In this document: positions 29,974-38,868 of the stretch, in pieces
Layout: every line of letters begins with the position of its first letter
Numbering within the stretch: the first letter of the stretch is position 1
Assembly: GCA_050506795.1 (NCBI GenBank)
Contig: JBJHCF010000030.1
Coordinates: 6,145 to 65,736, forward strand
DNA: 59,592 nt
Direction of reading: 5' to 3'
Source of the DNA: Opitutia bacterium
Lineage (GTDB): Bacteria; Verrucomicrobiota; Verrucomicrobiia; Opitutales; T3Sed10-336
Program-made: the position numbers and the translations under genes
Notes under the pieces: model-generated
Database searches by the model: none
What the model was told of the DNA's origin: nothing
The model's input: the letters and a program-made list of their open reading frames with translations, nothing else

Positions 29974-30720
29974 CTACCACCACCAGGAAGGGCCGGCTGT
30001 GACACGAAACGCCATATCGGCGAAACTTCTCCATTCCACCGCCCCGTCCAGGTAAAGGACATTGCCGCCGGCGGGCCGATCGCCCTTCATGTGATTGGTG
30101 CGATGCGGTTCGGGAGAGCCTCCCATAATCCCCATGAAACTTGCATCCGCAGACGAACCAATGGACATCACGGCATCTACGGCCAACACGCGCTCGCTTT
30201 CCGGAATGTCGACAGCGACGGGATTCCGGCCACCGAGCGTAATAGTCTGATCCCCCAACCTCGGATTCCAGTATTGCTGGGGAATTCCCGGCGAGTTGTC
30301 AAAAATCAGCACATACGTGATTATGGAAAAAGTAGTTTCGGGATTATGGAACCCAAAATGCCATTCCCATTCCCCTTCCGAACCGGTGTTATCAGCATCC
30401 CATGTTCCGGAAGGACAATAGAACGTTTCCAGTGTCAGCGCTCGCGTGGCCATAAGTTGATCCAACACCAAGAGCCGGGTGTCCCACGGCCACAATCCAA
30501 CACCAGCTTTATCAGGCAACGCCTTGTCGTTCTCTTGAGCATAAAGGTGGGTCGCGACAGCTATCTGACGCAGATTCGACGCGCACTGCGCACGGTTCAC
30601 CATCTCGCGGCCGGAGTTGAAAGCCGGGATCATTATCGCGCTCAGTACCGCAATAATCGCCAACAACACCAACAACTCAATCAGGGTAAATCCGGACGGG
30701 GTGCTCCTGCTTCTTTTCAT
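29974..30720 (-). CDS. Prepilin-type N-terminal cleavage protein, H-X9-DG/DUF1559-like, paralog 3
   Basis: Same motifs as paralog 1; ends PSWWW. Confidence 0.85.
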   Translation of the reverse strand: MKRSRSTPSGFTLIELLVLLAIIAVLSAIMIPAFNSGREMVNRAQCASNLRQIAVATHLYAQENDKALPDKAGVGLWPWDTRLLVLDQLMATRALTLETFYCPSGTWDADNTGSEGEWEWHFGFHNPETTFSIITYVLIFDNSPGIPQQYWNPRLGDQTITLGGRNPVAVDIPESERVLAVDAVMSIGSSADASFMGIMGGSPEPHRTNHMKGDRPAGGNVLYLDGAVEWRSFADMAFRVTAGPSWWW

Positions 30721-30872
30721 GGGAGTGATCGGTAGGTTTAGTGGGCTTACAAAGCAATCCGATAAGAACATGCCATGTCCCGTAAGTCAAGCGATTGCTC
30801 CGCCGGTGGTTAAACCGAATCCCGAAACAAAACCACACCCGGTTTTAAAGCATATCCGAACGAAGAAGGTTG

Positions 30873-30942
30873 TCACACGGAGTCACGGAGTCACGGAGAT
30901 TTCATCCGGACCAGCCTCCGTGTGCTCCGTGACTCCGTGTGA
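30873..30942. repeat. Palindromic element with CACGGAG periodic arms (family C)
   Basis: TCACACGGAGTCACGGAGTCACGGAG … CTCCGTGTGCTCCGTGACTCCGTGTGA. Confidence 0.8.
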
Positions 30943-31169
30943 GCCCAATTTCTGCTGTATTGAAGGACTGGCTGAAAACACAACAAAGCAGAATTAACAG
31001 GAACGGACCGTCGCGATGGAATCATAACCGCATAGCACCTCGCTTGAGCCGTTGAGCGATCCCGCGGCAAACGAGGTACACAGGCTTTTTCGCTTGCCCC
31101 ATTTGCCCATCATCTGTTGTTTTTATTCCGTCGCTTATCGCCTCTCCCACCCATCTTCCCTTCCCGATC

Positions 31170-33647
31170 ATGAAAACCCTACCGTTTTTCCTCACCGTCC
31201 TGGCAACCGGCCTCACCGTATCTTTAGTATCGGACACCGTCGCGGACATCCCCTCGCACAGCCCGAGCGATCCCGGAGCGACCGGATCGCACCTTTTCGG
31301 CGTCACCGTTTTCGACAACGCCGTGTACTCCGCCGGGCGAACCCAAACCATCCTGCGCTCGGACGCGGCCGGGACCTGGACCGCCGAGCGATTGGAGTTG
31401 GAGGACGAAAGCTGGCGGGGGATCGCCCAGGACGGCGAACGCGTCGTGGCGGCGGGACGCAACGGCGGGATCGCCGTTTCGAATGACGGCATCGAATGGC
31501 AAACCTTCGAGGAGGTCTCCGGGGAAAGGCTGACGGGCCTCACCCACCTGGCCGGCCACTTCTGGGCGTATGGTGAGACGGGAACCCTGCTTCGCTCCGC
31601 CGACGGTATCGATTGGGAGGCCCAGGCAACCGGATCGGTCCAAACCTTGCGGGGCATCGCCTTCGACCCGGGCACCAGTCGGTACGTCGTGGTCGGGGAT
31701 ACCGGAAACGTTCTCATTTCAACCGACGGCGAGCTTTGGCAGGCCCACGAAACCGATCCGGCGTGGGAGTTTGTCGATGTCGCTTACGCCACCGCGGGAT
31801 TCATCGCGGCGGCGCGCGGCGGCCGAGTCTTGCGGTCAACCGACGGTGAATCATGGACCCTGCTGCAAGAATCCATCGGCCACGAACACCTCGGCGCGAT
31901 CGCCTACGGCAACGGCCACTACGTGATCGCGGGCGGGTTGGGCCAGGATACGGTTTTTTTTGTCTCCGACAACGGCGATGCCTGGCAGGAAGCGCAGGTC
32001 CCTCTGCCGGCACTCATCACCAACCTCACCTTCGTCGATGACCGTTTCCTCGCCGCCGGTTATTCCGGAACCGTCTTGCAATCGAACAACGGTCTCGATT
32101 GGGAAATCCTGCACACCGCCATCCGCACCGACGTCTTCGGGCTCGCCGAAACCGCAGACAACCACCGGGTCGCCGTGGGCGAACACGGGCAAATCCTCCA
32201 CTCGACCGAAGGGGGCTCATGGAGGCGAGTTCCTTTGCCCAATGCCGACTGGCTCTGGGACATCGCCAAAGGCGACGGAACCCTGGTGGCGGTGGGGGAT
32301 AATGGCGCCATACTGCGCTCCACCGACGGCGAACAATGGCAACGCATCGAAATTTCCGATACGGCAAGGCTCGGGTCGGTGGCTTACGGGGAGGGCCGGT
32401 TTCTCGCGGTGGGAGAAGACGGAGTCGCATTGCGTTCCGACGACGGCGGCCTCTCCTGGGAAAGCGGATCGCTTCCGGGAGGACGCATGTATTGGTCGCT
32501 CACCTACGGCAACGGCTCCTGGGTTGCGGTCGGAGAAAACGCCGTCGCCGTGTCGCCCGACGGCCTGGACTGGGAAGAAACACTGTTCGACGAAGCCGTA
32601 ACCCTCAACGCGGTCGCTTTTCTCGAAGGCGAGGGGTTTGTTCTCGCCGGCTCGCAGTTCGCATTCGAGGATGGCGCGGTCACCGTTGAGTTTGCCGGAT
32701 GGCTCGCGCATAGCGAGAATGGCCAGAATTGGGAGATCCTGCCTCCACAACCCGGCGTCTCCTGGTGGACCGCTTCCGGCGGCGCCGGATGGTTGAGCGC
32801 TTTTAGCCCCTACGGTGAAGCCGCCCTCTCCGCCGACGGTCGTGAATGGGAGGTTACCGAACTCTTGCCCGCGGACACCCCGTTCGCCTCGGAAGGCTGG
32901 GTCAACACGGTGCACACCGGCGAACAAGGCGTCACCCTGACGGGTCGCAACACGATGACCCATATTTACGCTCTGCCGCCCCTGATCCGCGCACTCGCCG
33001 GCGACCACACCGTGGACCTCCTGGGCGAAGTCACCTTGTCCGGTGAATCCGGCGGGACCGGACCTTTCACGTATCAATGGTTTCGTGACGGCGTTCCACT
33101 GGATGGCGAAACCGACCCCACCCTCCACTTGAACGAAGCCGATCGCGACGCCATCGGCGACTACCTTCTGCAAGTCAGCGGCCCGGGCGGCCAAACCCAA
33201 AGCCCCGCCGTCCTGCTGGTGGTGCGTTTCGACTACGACGCCTGGGTCGCCGCCACCTTCGACGAGTCCGCCTCGCCGGAAACCACCGAACCAGGGGCCG
33301 ACCCCGAAAACGTCGGTGTCGCGAATCTCCTGGCCTACGCCTTCGACTCCGACCCCGCCTCCACGCGGTCGCTCCTGCCCCAAGCCGCCATCGAAACCTT
33401 GACCGTCGACGACCAGGAAGCCGCCTACCCCACCCTCACCTTCACTCGCTCCCTCGGCGTCGACGACCTTACCTTCCTGCCGGAGTCTTCCGAAGATCTG
33501 CAAACCTGGACCCCACTCCCCCTGGAACAGATCGTCCGCGTCGAACGCTCCGGCACCCGCGAACTCGTCACCATCCGCGGCGCCACCCCCCTCACCGAAA
33601 ACACCCCCCCGACATTCTTCCGCCTATCCGTCAAACTCGAAGACTAA
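31170..33647 (+). CDS. Secreted beta-propeller-repeat protein with an Ig-like domain and PVC-type C-terminal domain
   Basis: Signal peptide, many VAVG..G.ILxSxDG..W repeats, TYQWFRDG…GDY Ig motif, tail NLLAYAF…SEDLQTW…FFRL. Confidence 0.8.
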   Translation: MKTLPFFLTVLATGLTVSLVSDTVADIPSHSPSDPGATGSHLFGVTVFDNAVYSAGRTQTILRSDAAGTWTAERLELEDESWRGIAQDGERVVAAGRNGGIAVSNDGIEWQTFEEVSGERLTGLTHLAGHFWAYGETGTLLRSADGIDWEAQATGSVQTLRGIAFDPGTSRYVVVGDTGNVLISTDGELWQAHETDPAWEFVDVAYATAGFIAAARGGRVLRSTDGESWTLLQESIGHEHLGAIAYGNGHYVIAGGLGQDTVFFVSDNGDAWQEAQVPLPALITNLTFVDDRFLAAGYSGTVLQSNNGLDWEILHTAIRTDVFGLAETADNHRVAVGEHGQILHSTEGGSWRRVPLPNADWLWDIAKGDGTLVAVGDNGAILRSTDGEQWQRIEISDTARLGSVAYGEGRFLAVGEDGVALRSDDGGLSWESGSLPGGRMYWSLTYGNGSWVAVGENAVAVSPDGLDWEETLFDEAVTLNAVAFLEGEGFVLAGSQFAFEDGAVTVEFAGWLAHSENGQNWEILPPQPGVSWWTASGGAGWLSAFSPYGEAALSADGREWEVTELLPADTPFASEGWVNTVHTGEQGVTLTGRNTMTHIYALPPLIRALAGDHTVDLLGEVTLSGESGGTGPFTYQWFRDGVPLDGETDPTLHLNEADRDAIGDYLLQVSGPGGQTQSPAVLLVVRFDYDAWVAATFDESASPETTEPGADPENVGVANLLAYAFDSDPASTRSLLPQAAIETLTVDDQEAAYPTLTFTRSLGVDDLTFLPESSEDLQTWTPLPLEQIVRVERSGTRELVTIRGATPLTENTPPTFFRLSVKLED

Positions 33648-33713
33648 TCCCCTCCACACCCACCCTTCACCCCACCACCCCCCAAACTACCTTCAAATAC
33701 CCCCAACTACCCT

Positions 33714-33751
33714 GCGACAATAAGATTATCAGCTGATAATCTTATTGTCGC
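33714..33751. repeat. Perfect 38-bp palindrome (copy 2), 36 nt upstream of the PaaX-like gene
   Basis: GCGACAATAAGATTATCAG|CTGATAATCTTATTGTCGC. Confidence 0.92.
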
Positions 33752-33787
33752 GGACCTTTCGGGACAATTGCACCGAGGACCTACCCC

Positions 33788-34576
33788 ATGAAAGCCTCCA
33801 CCGAACTTTTTCTCTGGGAAATGCTGTCGATAGCGGAAGCCCTTTTCTACCCCTCGTACCGGTACGCTGATGAAAGCTTTGAAGGATGGGCATACCGTAA
33901 GGGGCTACTGCGACAGATTCAGCGGCTTGAGGCACAGGCCTACCTGGAACGGCAACCCGGAGGGAGTGCGGACAGGGTTTACCGGCTCACCCCGAGGGGA
34001 CGACTCGCGGCTCTCGGAGGCAGGGATCCGGAACAGTGTTGGCAACGCCCGTGGGATGGACGCTGGCGCCTATTGATGTTCGACCTGCCCCAGGCACCAC
34101 AGACCCCAAGAGCCCGGTTGCGAAAAGTGCTCAAAGAACACGGGCTGGGATGCCTCCAGGGAAGCGTTTGGTTATCGCCCGACTCACTCGAACCGCTACG
34201 CAAACAACTCAAAGGTGACCGCCATCCATCCTCGCTACTGCTGTTTGAGGGAAGTGCAACCGGCGGGGAGAAAGCATCCGAGTTGGTCCGCGAAGCCTGG
34301 GATTTCGACGCGATCCACAACGACTGGGCCGCCTACCGGAACATAATCCGACGGGGCAGGGAATTCCTCAAAGGCAAAAAAATCGATCCGGATGCATTCC
34401 GCGAGTGGTCGCAAAGCCGTCACAGTTTGTGGAAACTGATAATTGAACAAGATCCATTTCTGCCATCACCGCTCCTGCCCAGGAAGTACCCGGGAAGAAA
34501 GGTCTGGAAAGAACACAAAAACCTCTGCCGACAAATCCCCGTCCACCTCAAAAAATACGGCTTCAAAAAATCCTGA
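33788..34576 (+). CDS. PaaX-like protein (wHTH, Cas2-like central fold, PaaX C-terminal domain)
   Basis: YRLTPRG, WDGRWRLLMFDLP, R..LRK.L…G.G.LQGSVWLSP, AWDF and DPFLP..LLP motifs. Confidence 0.82.
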   Translation: MKASTELFLWEMLSIAEALFYPSYRYADESFEGWAYRKGLLRQIQRLEAQAYLERQPGGSADRVYRLTPRGRLAALGGRDPEQCWQRPWDGRWRLLMFDLPQAPQTPRARLRKVLKEHGLGCLQGSVWLSPDSLEPLRKQLKGDRHPSSLLLFEGSATGGEKASELVREAWDFDAIHNDWAAYRNIIRRGREFLKGKKIDPDAFREWSQSRHSLWKLIIEQDPFLPSPLLPRKYPGRKVWKEHKNLCRQIPVHLKKYGFKKS

Positions 34577-34679
34577 TCCACCAGACACTCCATCGCCAAC
34601 CACCGCTCAATTCAGCCGATCCAACCTGACTCGCCGCCCTAGGAAGCCCTCCCCCACCTCGAACCCCCTTTCAGATTTC

Positions 34680-34717
34680 GCGACAATTGAATTATCAGCT
34701 GACAATTTAATTGTCGC
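34680..34717. repeat. 38-bp palindrome with 2 mismatches (copy 3), downstream of the PaaX-like gene
   Basis: GCGACAATTGAATTATCAG|CTGACAATTTAATTGTCGC. Confidence 0.9.
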
Positions 34718-34900
34718 ATCGCGGATATACTGCGGAATCGGGTGAGGGCTGAATTCCTGGTCGGGCCAGGGGGCAGGGCGCAGGGGGTCTGATTATCCGA
34801 CGGGTAGAATTGGGGTATCGGTTCTTTGGGTTGTCCCGTGGTCGTATTGCAGGGCCCTCATCCCCCGGCGACAAAAGGATTCGATAAAGACCCGGGTGTT

Positions 34901-34929
34901 TTGACAATGGACGGGTATTGGACGAGAAT
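34901..34929 (+). promoter_or_regulatory. Possible sigma70 promoter
   Basis: TTGACA-17 nt-GAGAAT, just upstream of a GTG at 34937. Confidence 0.35.
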
Positions 34930-36472
34930 CGGCCTTGTGTCGACCAATGGTCACAAAACCGGCCTTATTCTTGTAACCGGGGCCACCGGGTATATCGGGG
35001 GCCGTTTGACCCCTCGTTTGCTGGCTATGGGGTATAAGGTCCGTTGTCTGGCACGCGATCCGGACCGGTTGCGGGGGCGTCCCTGGGGAAGCGGGGTGGA
35101 GTTGGTCAAGGGAGACTTGCTCCAGCCGGATTCTCTGATGGACGCCCTGGAGGGGGTCGATATCGCTTATTACCTGGTGCACAGCCTGGGCAGCGGGACG
35201 GAATTCCACCGAAAGGACTTGGAGGCGGCCAGAAATTTCGGCAAAGCGGCTGTCACCGCCGGGGTGCAACGGGTCATTTACCTCGGCGGTCTGGCCGAGA
35301 GTACGCCCGGCCTTTCCGAACACCTGCGCTCGCGGCAGCAAACCGGCGACACCCTGCGGGAAACGGGAGTTTGCCTGACCGAGTTCCGGGCCGGAGTAAT
35401 CGTGGGTTCGGGTAGCGTATCCTTCGAGATGATACGGTATCTGACCGAACGCTTGCCGGTCATGATCTGTCCCCGCTGGGTTTACACCCGCACGCAACCG
35501 ATCGGCGTGCGCGAAGTTCTCGAGTACCTGACCGCGGCGCTGGAGGTTGCGGAAAGCGCCAATCGCATCATCGAGATCGGGGGAAAGGAAGTGGTGACCT
35601 ACGGCGAAATGATGCTCACCTACGCTCAGGCCCGCGACCTGAAGCGTTGGATGCTGCCCGTTCCCGTCCTGACGCCGCGTTTGTCCTCTTACTGGATCAA
35701 CCTGGTCACGCCAATCCCCGCCGCCATCGCCCGGCCCCTGGTCGAAGGTCTGCGCAACGAAAACATCGTGCGCGATCCGATCGCCCGGGAGCTCTTTCCG
35801 GAGATTCGGCCGGTGGATTATCGAACGGCGGTGGAACGAGCCCTGGAAAAACTGGAAGCGAGCGACATCGAAACCTCCTGGAGCGACGCCTTGAGCACCA
35901 CCCGCAGCAAAAGGCCTCCGGTAATCCTGACCACCCACCAGGGGATGATCCTGGAAAACCGGCAAAGACAAGTCGCCGCGACCCCCGAGCAGGTTTACCA
36001 AGTAATCACCGCCCTAGGCGGGCGACGCGGATGGTTATTCTGGAACTGGGCCTGGCGCATACGCGGATTCATCGATCGCCTGATTGGCGGGGTGGGCCTC
36101 CGTCGGGGACGCCGCGACCCCCACGATCTCCGGGTCGGCGACGCCCTGGATTTCTGGCGGGTGGAAGCCGCGGAGCCGGGCCATTTGCTTCGACTGCGCG
36201 CCGAAATGAAGGTGCCGGGAAAAGCCTGGCTGCAGTTCAAGGTCACCTCCGAGGGAGAAGGAAAAAGCCTCCTGTCTCAGACCGCATTTTTTGCGCCCAA
36301 GGGATTGCCTGGATGGATCTACTGGTACGGCCTCTACCCGATACACGCCTTCATCTTCAGCGGTCTGATCGACCGAATTGTGGCGGCGGCGCGGATGGAG
36401 AATCGTTCCGGGCAATCGCCGCCAAACAAGGACGTCCGTCCGGCGAGTCACCAGCCTGAATCTGGGTTATGA
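34907..36472 (+). CDS. Atypical SDR / NAD(P)-binding protein with DUF2867 domain (YbjT-like)
   Basis: LVTGATGYIGGRL, AYYLVHS, GSGSVSFEM, DALDFWRVE and AEMKVPG.AWL motifs. Start uncertain (34907 or 34937). Confidence 0.85.
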   Translation: MDGYWTRIGLVSTNGHKTGLILVTGATGYIGGRLTPRLLAMGYKVRCLARDPDRLRGRPWGSGVELVKGDLLQPDSLMDALEGVDIAYYLVHSLGSGTEFHRKDLEAARNFGKAAVTAGVQRVIYLGGLAESTPGLSEHLRSRQQTGDTLRETGVCLTEFRAGVIVGSGSVSFEMIRYLTERLPVMICPRWVYTRTQPIGVREVLEYLTAALEVAESANRIIEIGGKEVVTYGEMMLTYAQARDLKRWMLPVPVLTPRLSSYWINLVTPIPAAIARPLVEGLRNENIVRDPIARELFPEIRPVDYRTAVERALEKLEASDIETSWSDALSTTRSKRPPVILTTHQGMILENRQRQVAATPEQVYQVITALGGRRGWLFWNWAWRIRGFIDRLIGGVGLRRGRRDPHDLRVGDALDFWRVEAAEPGHLLRLRAEMKVPGKAWLQFKVTSEGEGKSLLSQTAFFAPKGLPGWIYWYGLYPIHAFIFSGLIDRIVAAARMENRSGQSPPNKDVRPASHQPESGL

Positions 36473-36975
36473 GCCGCGCGTCGTCGCTTCGAACGAACAA
36501 ACCCAAAGCCGCGTCCACCATAAGCGACGGGCGCGGGGTCGGAGCAGGACGCGGGGCCGGAACCGCTTGGCGCCAACACGCCTCGCGCCCTATCGGGGGA
36601 AAAGCGTACCTGTCACTGTGCGTACTGCTTTTGCTGCCGGGTTTCGCCCTGTCCCGCCACATTCATTTGGTCGACTGGCGGATTCTCTTCGGTGTGCCGC
36701 TTCTGGCGTCGGCCGTCGCCTTCCTGGCGTATCGAATCGACAAACACCGTTCGCGGGAAGGTCGCTGGCGAATCGCGGAATCGACCCTCCACCTGATGGA
36801 CCTCGCGGGAGGGTGGCCCGGAGCCTTCCTGGCCCAACGCCGCTATCGGCACAAGATATCCAAGGCCTCGTTTCAACTGAAATTCTGGACGATTGTCTTC
36901 GCCCATAATCTGATCGCGATCGATGCGCTGCTGGGGTGGAGGATCGCGTCACAACTCACGTCCGCATTCCGATAG
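36469..36975 (+). CDS. DUF1294 family membrane protein
   Basis: DK…WRIAESTLH…GGWPGA..AQ…RHK. Confidence 0.85.
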   Translation: MSRASSLRTNKPKAASTISDGRGVGAGRGAGTAWRQHASRPIGGKAYLSLCVLLLLPGFALSRHIHLVDWRILFGVPLLASAVAFLAYRIDKHRSREGRWRIAESTLHLMDLAGGWPGAFLAQRRYRHKISKASFQLKFWTIVFAHNLIAIDALLGWRIASQLTSAFR

Positions 36976-37078
36976 AACAACCCCGGCCCCCCCGGACTGA
37001 ATTTCGCCGCCTCCATTTCGGAATCGATCCCAGTTCGGCCGCTTGCGTTGCGCGAAATCGACCGTACAATCTCAGAAC

Positions 37079-37882
37079 ATGGGAATCTTCCGGATGTTCA
37101 AGTGGGTGCTGGGATTCATGTTCCTGCTGTGCCTGCTGGCCGTTGCCGCAGTGGTCGGATACTTCCAGATCGACCGTCTGGCCAAACAGGCGATCGAACG
37201 CGGCGGAAGTTTTGCCCTGGGAACCCCAACCCATGTGGAATCGGCCAACCTCAGAGTCAGGGCGGGCGAGCTCGGCCTCAACCGGCTGCGAGTGGAAAAT
37301 CCTCCCGGATTCACCGATCCTCTCTTTATCGAGGTGGAGGACGGGGTGATCACCCTGAAGGCCGCCTCTCTTCTGACTCGTCAGGTTGAGGTCCCCCGAG
37401 TCGAGCTCAACCGGCTGACCCTCCATCTGGAACACGCCTCCGGCGGCGCCAACTACGAAAAGATCCTGGAAAACATCGAACGCCTGAAGGAGTCTCTGCC
37501 CCGGGTATCGGCGGCGGAGAAAAAATACGTCATCGACGAAATCGTGATGCGCGATGTCACGGTTTTCGCCGCCACCCGGCAACTGGCCTTCCTGCGCCCT
37601 TTGCGTATCACCATCGAGGAAATCACTCTGGCGGATGTCAGCTCGGACTCCCCGGACGGCATGGTCATGGCCCAGATACAAGGCATTATCGTTCGCTCGG
37701 TCCTACAAGCGGTTCTGCGCGAAGCCGGGGGTATTTTCTCTCCCTCGGTGGCCGCCGCCCTTTCCGGTGAAGTCGGACCGCGAACGTCAGTGCGCGGTAT
37801 TCGGGTGGAAGGCGCCGCGGTCGACGACGCCATCGATGCCGCCCGGCGCGGGATCGAATCGATTCTCAGGGGAAGAGACTGA
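37079..37882 (+). CDS. AsmA-like membrane-anchored hypothetical protein
   Basis: N-terminal TM segment, L.V.NPPGF motif, beta-rich body. Confidence 0.6.
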   Translation: MGIFRMFKWVLGFMFLLCLLAVAAVVGYFQIDRLAKQAIERGGSFALGTPTHVESANLRVRAGELGLNRLRVENPPGFTDPLFIEVEDGVITLKAASLLTRQVEVPRVELNRLTLHLEHASGGANYEKILENIERLKESLPRVSAAEKKYVIDEIVMRDVTVFAATRQLAFLRPLRITIEEITLADVSSDSPDGMVMAQIQGIIVRSVLQAVLREAGGIFSPSVAAALSGEVGPRTSVRGIRVEGAAVDDAIDAARRGIESILRGRD

Positions 37883-38100
37883 CCGGATTCCACCATCGTC
37901 GCCGGCAATCAGAGCGAGGAGACACTCTCCGCGCAAAGAACCAAAGATCTGAGTCGAGTCTCGGCCAAGCCTGGCGCCTCGGTTCGCCCGTTCAATCGAC
38001 TGCTGGACATCGCCGGACGCCGACTCCATTTTCTGCTTGCGATGCGGACGCCTAACGATTCCTTTGACCTTTATTGAGAACGAGTATCAATTTTGACCGT

Positions 38101-38865
38101 ATGAAGATTTCCCGCCTGCGCGCCGCCATTCCGGCTCTCCTTTTGGTCGGCATCCTATTCCCGCCGACAATGGAGGCCTCGGAATTCCAGGACACGGTGG
38201 ACCGCTGGATCGAAATCCGCAGGGAAATCGCGGAGGAGGAAAGCCGTTGGCGCGAGGACGAGGATCTCCTCCTCCGGACCCGCGAACTGTTGCAGAGCGA
38301 ACTGCAGCGCCTCGACGAAAGCATCGCCCAACTCGAATCCGAAACCTCTTCCCAGCAACGTGAACGCGAGCGCCTCAGCGCCGAATCCGAGGCGCTGGAT
38401 GCCGTCGATGACCGGATCTCCGGCCGGATCGCCACCCTGGAAGCGGCGCTTTACACCACTTACTCGCGGCTACCTGAACCCCTGCGGGAGCGCACCCGTC
38501 CTCTGGGACAAAGACTGGCCGAAGGCGCCGACGCCACGCGTCCTCTCTCCCAACGGCTGCAAACCGTGGTCGGCCTGCTCGGCGAAGCGGATCGCTTTCA
38601 GGCGAACCTGTACGCCGGCCGCGAGGTGATTGCTCTGCCCGAAGGGGAAACCCGGGAAGTGCGGACCCTCTACCTGGGCCTGGGTCAGGCGTATTACCTT
38701 TCTCCCGACGGCCAGCGCGCCGGTGTTGGCACTCCCGGCGCCAACGGATGGGAATGGTCTTCAAAGCCGGAGCTGGCCGGTGAAATCCGTCGCGCCTTCG
38801 CGGTGTACGACAATGTAGTCGCGCCCAACTTCATGCGCCTGCCGGTAACCCTGCAAATGCGCTGA
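38101..38865 (+). CDS. DUF3450-like coiled-coil periplasmic protein
   Basis: Signal peptide, coiled coil, LYLGLGQAYY; first gene of the TonB locus. Confidence 0.75.
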   Translation: MKISRLRAAIPALLLVGILFPPTMEASEFQDTVDRWIEIRREIAEEESRWREDEDLLLRTRELLQSELQRLDESIAQLESETSSQQRERERLSAESEALDAVDDRISGRIATLEAALYTTYSRLPEPLRERTRPLGQRLAEGADATRPLSQRLQTVVGLLGEADRFQANLYAGREVIALPEGETREVRTLYLGLGQAYYLSPDGQRAGVGTPGANGWEWSSKPELAGEIRRAFAVYDNVVAPNFMRLPVTLQMR

Positions 38866-38868
38866 CCC

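Noticed and set aside
28101..30720. Diversity-generating retroelement or shufflon acting on the pilin-like genes
   Set aside because: No reverse transcriptase or recombinase, no template repeat with adenine-specific differences seen, and all three genes are complete and co-oriented.
33788..34576. Calling the gene Cas2 and the palindromes CRISPR repeats
   Set aside because: It is 262 aa with PaaX N- and C-terminal regions. The palindromes are about 1 and 4.7 kb apart, and there is no cas1 or array.
33788..34576. Assigning paaX as a phenylacetate regulator
   Set aside because: No paa catabolic genes in the window, so only family-level similarity is supported.
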